DNA of 38,898 nt from a virus (lineage: Duplodnaviria; Caudoviricetes): IMG/VR virus record IMGVR_UViG_3300033067_002094, positions 1 to 38,898 of that record; one strand, given 5' to 3'. Positions 1 to 5,921 of this stretch are shown piece after piece. The translations under genes and the position numbers were made by a program. The stretch's first letter is position 1. Each line of letters starts with the position of its first letter. The notes below the pieces were generated by a model. That model did no database searches and was not told where the DNA came from. It was given only the letters and a program-made list of their open reading frames with translations.

Positions 1-121
1 AGAGCTGCCTCACTGTGATCTCGAGCTTGTCCATGCTCCTGACTAGGAGAGTCACAGAGAACCCGAAGGCAGCAATGAAAAACCAGTCTTTGAACTCCGC
101 AAAGCCTAATCGTTTTTCCAT
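1..121 (-). CDS. N-terminal part of a small membrane-anchored coiled-coil protein (runs off the left end, probably continues at 38898)
   Basis: Hand translation from ATG at 121: MEKRLGFAEFKDWFFIAAFGFSVTLLVRSMDKLEITVRQL. It has one hydrophobic segment, GGGGTG upstream and a TTGTTG-17-CATAAT promoter-like sequence further up. Confidence 0.6.
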   Translation of the reverse strand, partial: MEKRLGFAEFKDWFFIAAFGFSVTLLVRSMDKLEITVRQL

Positions 122-169
122 GCTCACCCCTGATTATTCCATTATGACTGAGATTGAGGGACACAACAA

Positions 170-655
170 ATGGTCACGATAGGTATCGATCCAGGTCAGA
201 AGGGCGGCATCGCCTGCATCAATGGCGGAAAGCTTGTGGAAGCCATCCCAATGCCAGTGAACAAGATCGCTATGAGCTTGGATGCAGACAAAATCGCCTA
301 CTTCTTCAAGAAGCATCAACCCGATACGATCTTCCTTGAGAAGGTCCATGCCATCCGTGGCTCCAGCGCCAAGTCCACATTCTCTTTTGGATCAGGATTC
401 GGGCAGCTCATGGGGATCACATCAACCCTTGGCTACCGGATGATTCAGATCGAGCCTAAGAAATGGCAATCTCTCATGCATGAAGGCGTCGAAAAGAAAT
501 ATGACGCTAAGCATAGAAGCGCCGTGGCAGCTATTCGCCTCTTCCCTGGGTATGACTTCACCTTGGGAGGAAAGAGGAAGCTGTATCACGACGGCGTTGT
601 GGATGCCTGCCTGATAGCCCTGGCTGGCTATTGGTCTCTGGCTGGTAAGCCCTGA
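170..655 (+). CDS. ruvC: RuvC-like Holliday junction resolvase
   Basis: N-terminal IGIDPGxxGGIA, IFLEKV, SFGSGFG, IEPKKWQ and C-terminal DGVVDACLIA match phage RuvC-like resolvases. Confidence 0.9.
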   Translation: MVTIGIDPGQKGGIACINGGKLVEAIPMPVNKIAMSLDADKIAYFFKKHQPDTIFLEKVHAIRGSSAKSTFSFGSGFGQLMGITSTLGYRMIQIEPKKWQSLMHEGVEKKYDAKHRSAVAAIRLFPGYDFTLGGKRKLYHDGVVDACLIALAGYWSLAGKP

Positions 656-656
656 C

Positions 657-710
657 TGAGTCTGTTGTGACACAATTTTGGCTCAGCACGAGGCATGAGA
701 CAATGTTTAC
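657..710 (+). promoter_or_regulatory. Putative activator-dependent promoter, copy A
   Basis: TGAGTC-tgttgt-GACACA at 657-674 and TG-a-GACAAT at 696-704. The predicted +1 falls on the ATG at 711. The same layout recurs at 25624-25677 (-) and 36312-36358 (+). Confidence 0.55.
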
Positions 711-724
711 ATGTTACAGAGAAT
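694..724. repeat. 31-bp exact inverted repeat, partner at 25610-25640
   Basis: CATGAGACAATGTTTACATGTTACAGAGAAT is the exact reverse complement of 25610-25640. Confidence 0.95.
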
Positions 725-917
725 TCTCAAGAAGGGCTCACTTTGGGCCAGCCTATATACCCTTTTCGAGTATAACCCATACTTCGCTTTTTGCGTTGAT
801 TGGGTCAACGAGCTCTACTGGATGCTTCTTGGGATCGACGAGATGACAAAGTCTGCAATAGTCATCCTTTGGATGAAGGGGATTCTGTACACCTTTTTGT
901 ACCAATACCGCTATTGA
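711..917 (+). CDS. Small hydrophobic aromatic-rich protein, paralogue of 25408-25623
   Basis: 68 aa. An ungapped hand alignment gives 34/68 identities with the 25408-25623 product, and synonymous codon differences indicate coding selection. Confidence 0.85.
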   Translation: MLQRILKKGSLWASLYTLFEYNPYFAFCVDWVNELYWMLLGIDEMTKSAIVILWMKGILYTFLYQYRY

Positions 918-927
918 TCTCATCCTT

Positions 928-1320
928 TTAGATAGCCGGATCTACAATGTTGAAGATGCCAGTCAGCTTGATGATGTAGGGGTTCTGATCATCGTTCGCA
1001 GGATCAGTGAGATAGATCCAGACATCAGAGTAGACCGGAGCATCAGGATCAGCATTGGTCAAACCCATAATCAGAGTATCTGCTGCCGTGTATTTTACGG
1101 TGATCTGGCCACCAGTCAGAGGGGTGACCTTGATCACCTCAGAGAGAGTGAACAAAGCCTTGACCGGAGGAGCAGCTCCGATACCGGCGATTCTCACGTC
1201 AATTTCTGTGTATGGAGTGAGGTCGATCGGTAACAAAGAGCAGTTGTCAGTCAGCCTGACACTGAATGCAATGCTTCGACCACGATAGAGAGTAACAGGT
1301 AGGGTAGTTGCGCAAGCCAT
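928..1320 (-). CDS. Putative tail-associated protein (BppU N-terminal-like beta domain)
   Basis: LYRGRSIAFSVRLTD...PIDLT pattern. It is the last gene of the structural arm and has an SD (AGGAG). Confidence 0.5.
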   Translation of the reverse strand: MACATTLPVTLYRGRSIAFSVRLTDNCSLLPIDLTPYTEIDVRIAGIGAAPPVKALFTLSEVIKVTPLTGGQITVKYTAADTLIMGLTNADPDAPVYSDVWIYLTDPANDDQNPYIIKLTGIFNIVDPAI

Positions 1321-1328
1321 AAGTTCTC

Positions 1329-2465
1329 CTAAACTTGAGCGTCAATTTCTACTTCAAGGATCTCAGTGCTGATTGAAGCTGACGCGATTGCTTCTCCAGC
1401 GATTCCACTTTGTTCCACTTCTCCTTGAATCAAGACTAGCTGCTCAATTGCTGCTTCAAGCACACTTCCTCCTCCACCACCGTTAGACAGAGCATTGATC
1501 TTCTGACCAAACGAACCAGAGACTACATAGCTTGCAAGCAATGCATCCCAGACAGCCGAAGCTACCTGAGCAGGATTCAAGCTTGGGGTCTGAGCATTGA
1601 GACCAAAGCTTCCAGAAACAGTGTGAGCAGAGATCAGAGCATCCCAGACAGCGTTGGCTATCTGCGTTGGAGTCAGAGATGGAGACTGAAGAGTCAAGCC
1701 AAAGCTACCCGATACGGTATAGCTTGCAGTCAGAGCGTCCCAGACAGCCGATGCCACAGCAGAAGGACTGAGTGGAGGATTCTGAGCATTGGCTCCAAAG
1801 GTTCCAGCGGTATTGTGAGAAGCAAGCAGTTGCTCCCAGACACTTCCAGCAACAGAAGAGATTGCGACATCCATGAAGGCGGCTTTGGCATTGGTCCAGA
1901 CAGTGTTGTCTAGAGCGGTGCTTGCCGGAGCCCTTGTGTTGACTGTTGTGTCAGAAGCTGGATCTGCTGGCAGGTTGTCAGTCTTGGCTTTGATTGCAAG
2001 CGATGTCACTTCATTCGCCGGACTAGCCGGAAGGTTATCGGTCTTCGCCTTGATCGCTACAATATCCGCATTGTCTGGTGCTGTGTAGCCAGATGTCGCG
2101 AGTCGAGACGAGATAGCCACGTCAACAAACGCAGCTTTTGCGCCTGTCCAAATGGTGTTGTCGAGAGCTGTAGAGGCAGGTGCCGAAGTGTCCAGCTCCT
2201 TGATCTCTATCTCGTCCGAGTAGTTATTATCCATTGTGGTCCGACCGACTTCATTGAACACGAGATACTGAACCGTCACAAACGGGGTCGACGGCATGAC
2301 GGCAGAAGAGTTTGAATAGAGACCATCGGCGACGTGGGTGAGGTCGAATGGGGAACCCGAGATAGCCGTACCCGCAGCGTTGCGAACTACTGCGCGTGGA
2401 AATTTAGTAGTAACCCCATCAAACAACTGAAGCCAGATTGGGATCTGATCGCCTACCCTAATCAT
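1329..2465 (-). CDS. Repeat-rich virion/tail-associated protein
   Basis: 378 aa, Ala/Ser/Thr-rich, with 32-aa AVWDAL..SGSFG repeats, duplicated AIKAKTDNLP and duplicated APASTALDNTxWTxAKAAFxDVAISS blocks. It lies downstream of the tail fibre gene. Confidence 0.7.
   Translation of the reverse strand: MIRVGDQIPIWLQLFDGVTTKFPRAVVRNAAGTAISGSPFDLTHVADGLYSNSSAVMPSTPFVTVQYLVFNEVGRTTMDNNYSDEIEIKELDTSAPASTALDNTIWTGAKAAFVDVAISSRLATSGYTAPDNADIVAIKAKTDNLPASPANEVTSLAIKAKTDNLPADPASDTTVNTRAPASTALDNTVWTNAKAAFMDVAISSVAGSVWEQLLASHNTAGTFGANAQNPPLSPSAVASAVWDALTASYTVSGSFGLTLQSPSLTPTQIANAVWDALISAHTVSGSFGLNAQTPSLNPAQVASAVWDALLASYVVSGSFGQKINALSNGGGGGSVLEAAIEQLVLIQGEVEQSGIAGEAIASASISTEILEVEIDAQV
1510..1860 (-). repeat. 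Four coding tandem repeats with a 96-nt period
   Basis: A GCATCCCAGACAGC-like core occurs at 1543, 1639, 1735 and (degenerate) 1831. Confidence 0.85.
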
Positions 2466-2620
2466 TCCGGCACCTCGACAATTTCTCTATCTCCAGAACA
2501 ACACGCAAGGCATACGATGTATTCCCGTGCCATTTCAATAGGATACGCTGGCAACACTTCATATTCAAACTCGTCTGACACCCAAGAACAAACTTCGCAT
2601 TTAACCGTGTATTTCATCAT
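2462..2620 (-). CDS. 52-aa zinc-ribbon protein (not in the ORF track)
   Basis: MMKYTVKCEVCSW...IVCLACCSGDREIVEVPE with two CxxC motifs. TAATG and ATGA overlaps couple it to both neighbours. Confidence 0.7.
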   Translation of the reverse strand: MMKYTVKCEVCSWVSDEFEYEVLPAYPIEMAREYIVCLACCSGDREIVEVPE

Positions 2621-4851
2621 TACCTCGGTGTTGTGAAGACCTGTTCAAAAGAGAAATAATCGACAAGCATTGTTAATGCGGTAGTCCCTGCGGATTTCGC
2701 AATAATAAGAGTAGGGCCACATACGCGGGCTACAGTGATCGGAATGTTCGTAGTGACCGACCCGATATTCGTACCGTTCACGAAGTAGTCCACGTTTGTC
2801 CCGTTTGCGTTCACGACTATTTTTAATTTAAGCCAAGCGCCAGCGGCAACAGCGGTTGAGCTAGTTGTCGTGGTTCGGGTACTGTTATTTGCGGCTTTCA
2901 GTCTCCAGTTGGCACTATTCAAACGGTCGTACTCGAAATAAACCCCGTCAACGTGGTCGGCTCCGGTAACCAGATCCCCAAAGCCAAGACGTATAATATA
3001 TTCCTGCGCGACAGTCGAAAGTGTTGGGATGTAAACGTACATCTCCATTGTCGCCACACCACCACCGAAAAAGTGAGCTGTCGGTGCAATAGCAAGAGCA
3101 GCGCGCCCTGTTGCCGTGGTGCCTGTCGAAAGTTGAACGATCCCGGCCTGATTAGAGAGTTGATTTGTTGTTACAAGGGTATTTGCCGCACCTGTCCCGG
3201 AAACTGTTGAGGTCCACGCGAGCATTCCGGTTACGGCGGGAGAGATCCAATCCTCTTTGTAAGAAACCGATTGGCTCATCGTATACGGAGCGCTAGCCTG
3301 CAAGGAAACTGCAAACAGACTTCCTTGATTGAGCGCAAGAGTTCCAAGGGTCGAGGTCTCGCGGTACTGAGCCTTGACTGTGTAAGTCCCAGCGGCGAGT
3401 TGAGTGGAACGCAAAGACGCGGATACGGCGCGATTGTCGGTAGTATTAGGAAGGGTCAAAATCATTGCAGTTCCGTTTTGAGAGTCGATAACGACGCGGA
3501 ACTCGCCCACCGCAGTTCCCGACGTACATTTTGACATCGCAGCTAAAGCGCAGTAAATGCTCGACGCGGTAGTCGTCGTAAGCGTAGTCGAAAGCCCAGG
3601 AATATCGACGAACGTAGCGGACGTTGTGGTTTGCTGCGTGGCCTGTTCAATGCTCACACTTGGAATTTCGCCGTTAGGGTTTGCTGGACCCGTGGCACCC
3701 GTTGCTCCAGTCGCACCCGTTGCGCCAGTCGCTCCGGTTGGCCCGGTCAATCCAGCAGTGACGAAATCGCCGATATACAGAGAAGTCAAAACCCTGTTGG
3801 TGCCTGTAATTCCCGTAATGACCACGACTTTAATATCTGGAGACCACACAACACCGTACCACTGGTTGGCTTGTGGTGACGTGCGGGAAGTCCAGTTAAT
3901 ACCGTCAAAAGAAGTCATGATCGTACCGCTTGACGACACGGCGATGAACAAACCTAAATAATCGCACCAAGTAATTCTGCGCCAGGCCGACGCGCTGGCA
4001 GCGGTTCGATTGGTCCAAGTAATTCCATCGGGAGAAGTCATCACGCGACTTGTGCCTGTGATTGCGACTGCGCAGAAAATACCCAGCTCAGCGGACCATT
4101 CAATGTCGTACCAGTCTTGGCCTCCTCCTGGCGGTGTCCGCGAAGTCCAAGTGATTCCGTCAGGAGAGGTCATGATCGAGCCGCCCAAAGCTACGGCAGC
4201 GAGGAGATTTAATTCAGGGGACCAGACAAGCGAATACCACTGCGCGGTAGCGGCCTCAGTGCGTGAGGTCCAGGTGATACCATCAGGAGAAGTCATCACG
4301 CGAGTACCGGCAGCGCCGTCAAGTGACGTTGCGACGAATAGTCCCAAAGCCTTCGCCCAAACGACGCGGTACCACTGGTTAGCAGCGGCGGCGGTTCTCA
4401 CGGTCCAGGTGATACCATCCGGGCTTGTTTGTACTCGGTTCGTCCCATTAAACGAAACAGCGACAAACAAACGCAATTCGGGGGACCAACAAACAGAAGT
4501 CCAAAGGTTTGCTTGTGCGGCAGAGGCAGCGGTCCACGTTATTCCATCGCTCGAATACATCACGCGGTTCGTACCGCTTGAAGCTATGGCTAAGAAAATC
4601 CTGAGTTCAGGAGCCCACGTCACATCAATCCATTGGTTCGATTCTGGAATAGTTCTGACTGTCCAGGTGGATACTGCGCGCACAGCTTCGGCGGGAGTCG
4701 CATCGGGAAAATTTGCGGTCCAAGTTCCATCTGCTTTGATGACTTTACTTTTCACAGCGTCGCCAGCGGAGGGAGCAGGAACGGTGCCCTTGACACCTCC
4801 GCTACCTGTATCGCCTACGAATACGTTTACGACTTGCCTAGCGTTTGCCAT
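2620..4851 (-). CDS. Tail fibre / receptor-binding protein (beta-propeller, collagen-like linker, C-terminal lectin-like beta-sandwich)
   Basis: About 42-aa TSPDGITWTSRT (Asp-box/BNR-like) repeats, a (GAT)n collagen run, and a C-terminal ConA/LamG-like WLKLKIVVN...VDYFVNG pattern. Confidence 0.85.
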   Translation of the reverse strand: MANARQVVNVFVGDTGSGGVKGTVPAPSAGDAVKSKVIKADGTWTANFPDATPAEAVRAVSTWTVRTIPESNQWIDVTWAPELRIFLAIASSGTNRVMYSSDGITWTAASAAQANLWTSVCWSPELRLFVAVSFNGTNRVQTSPDGITWTVRTAAAANQWYRVVWAKALGLFVATSLDGAAGTRVMTSPDGITWTSRTEAATAQWYSLVWSPELNLLAAVALGGSIMTSPDGITWTSRTPPGGGQDWYDIEWSAELGIFCAVAITGTSRVMTSPDGITWTNRTAASASAWRRITWCDYLGLFIAVSSSGTIMTSFDGINWTSRTSPQANQWYGVVWSPDIKVVVITGITGTNRVLTSLYIGDFVTAGLTGPTGATGATGATGATGATGPANPNGEIPSVSIEQATQQTTTSATFVDIPGLSTTLTTTTASSIYCALAAMSKCTSGTAVGEFRVVIDSQNGTAMILTLPNTTDNRAVSASLRSTQLAAGTYTVKAQYRETSTLGTLALNQGSLFAVSLQASAPYTMSQSVSYKEDWISPAVTGMLAWTSTVSGTGAANTLVTTNQLSNQAGIVQLSTGTTATGRAALAIAPTAHFFGGGVATMEMYVYIPTLSTVAQEYIIRLGFGDLVTGADHVDGVYFEYDRLNSANWRLKAANNSTRTTTTSSTAVAAGAWLKLKIVVNANGTNVDYFVNGTNIGSVTTNIPITVARVCGPTLIIAKSAGTTALTMLVDYFSFEQVFTTPR

Positions 4852-4956
4852 TTAAGTCCTTGTCGATCTCGTCTTCGACCTTCTGAGCCTAGTCAGCTTC
4901 ACCTTAGATCCAACTACGAGATCAACCTGTGTGCCGTCTGAAAGTTTAATAATCAT
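4852..4956 (-). CDS. 34-aa basic mini-protein (not in the ORF track)
   Basis: MIIKLSDGTQVDLVVGSKVKLTRLRRSKTRSTRT fills the gap exactly. It has an ATGA overlap upstream and its TAA abuts the next ATG. Confidence 0.5.
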   Translation of the reverse strand: MIIKLSDGTQVDLVVGSKVKLTRLRRSKTRSTRT

Positions 4957-5207
4957 TTCCCCAACCTCTTCTGTTGTCTCTTGATCCACTCAAGCAATCG
5001 CTGCATATCGTCCGGGCTGTAGCAGGTATAGCTATCCATGAGACCGACGGGGATAACCACCACCTCATTGGTGTCTGGAGGTGCGCAATATCCCGACTTG
5101 GTTACCGCATCGATGACACAAGGAGTGACCTTGGGACCAGAGATGCAAGAACTAAGGAAGACCGCGCAGCAAATCTCTAAGCCGACTAGCAGCAAGCTTT
5201 TTTTCAT
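4953..5207 (-). CDS. Lipoprotein, putative o-spanin (Rz1-like)
   Basis: Likely start MKKSLLLV... with lipobox LSS-C. It is Pro/Cys-rich, overlaps the 3' end of 5152-5358 and lies in the lysis cassette. Confidence 0.65.
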   Translation of the reverse strand: MKKSLLLVGLEICCAVFLSSCISGPKVTPCVIDAVTKSGYCAPPDTNEVVVIPVGLMDSYTCYSPDDMQRLLEWIKRQQKRLGK

Positions 5208-5358
5208 CTGGAGTTGTTGCCTTTCTGAGATCAGAAAATAGCTGAGCGGACTCCTGGAACCAAGCTTCATCTTTGTTCTCTTTGATGAACTCAGCCAGCC
5301 ATTTGGCCGACCTCACGATCTCAAGAACAAGCTGAACGATTGCCAGAAGTCCGCTCAT
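5152..5358 (-). CDS. Putative i-spanin-like lysis accessory protein
   Basis: Short hydrophobic N-terminus followed by a helical charged region. It sits between the holin and the overlapping lipoprotein. Confidence 0.4.
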   Translation of the reverse strand: MSGLLAIVQLVLEIVRSAKWLAEFIKENKDEAWFQESAQLFSDLRKATTPDEKKLAASRLRDLLRGLP

Positions 5359-5370
5359 AATAGATTCCTA

Positions 5371-5538
5371 CTAGGGAAGCTGAGGGGGTTCTTTTCCGCC
5401 CAGAAACTTCACTAGCTTCACAAGACCCTGAAGCACGCCAGCCACACCAGAGCTAGGCGGGAAGAACATCGCCAAGACTTCAGACAAACCCAGAAGAGCT
5501 GCCAAGATCACGACCTTATTCGCCAACAAGAATGCCAT
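5371..5538 (-). CDS. Putative holin
   Basis: 55 aa from MAFLLANK (SD AAGGAGG), with two hydrophobic segments, directly after the endolysin. Confidence 0.65.
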   Translation of the reverse strand: MAFLLANKVVILAALLGLSEVLAMFFPPSSGVAGVLQGLVKLVKFLGGKEPPQLP

Positions 5539-5555
5539 ATCCCCTCCTTGGAATA

Positions 5556-5921
5556 TCAGACCCAATCAATCGGGATCTGAAGATGAAAATGAAACGGTGC
5601 TCCTTGAAAACTATGATGAATCGCCACGAGCTTGCCGTCTGTCCTAGGGTAGCGTCGATTGATCTCAGCGACAATGAAATCTCGAATGTCTACAGTGTAG
5701 AGGAATCTCTTCCTGTTTCCATCCCTGATCTCATCTCGATAATCGACAGCTCGCTGCGCTGCGTGAACTCCTGAGTCTCCATCGATATGTCCCCAGACTC
5801 TTGTAACCACAGGGACAATGCCGTGGTCTCTGGATAGACTATCGAATGTGAGTGCCACCTGCTGCAGCATCTCAGGAGACTGCATGAGCTCATCCTCCAT
5901 GTGAGGCTCTTTGAATTTCAT
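5556..5921 (-). CDS. Endolysin, peptidase M15 (Hedgehog/DD-peptidase fold)
   Basis: SGVHAAQRAVD (SxHxxxxAxD) and HFHLQ zinc-ligand motifs. Confidence 0.8.
   Translation of the reverse strand: MKFKEPHMEDELMQSPEMLQQVALTFDSLSRDHGIVPVVTRVWGHIDGDSGVHAAQRAVDYRDEIRDGNRKRFLYTVDIRDFIVAEINRRYPRTDGKLVAIHHSFQGAPFHFHLQIPIDWV

Noticed and set aside
145-166. Fourth copy of the TGAGTC-N6-GACACA palindrome (TGAGAT-N5-GACACA)
   Set aside because: The spacing is one base short and the left half has two mismatches. It is kept only as a possible half-site.
1329-4851. Repeats as a CRISPR array or DGR template/variable repeats
   Set aside because: The repeats are in-frame coding repeats with third-position divergence. 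There is no reverse transcriptase, cas gene or adenine-specific mismatch pair.
4010-4855. 281-aa plus-strand ORF with repeats
   Set aside because: Antisense shadow of the repetitive tail-fibre gene.
4873-4884. 12-bp match GTCTTCGACCTT shared with about 38816-38827
   Set aside because: The match is short, both copies lie in coding frames and there is no shared context, so chance is likely.
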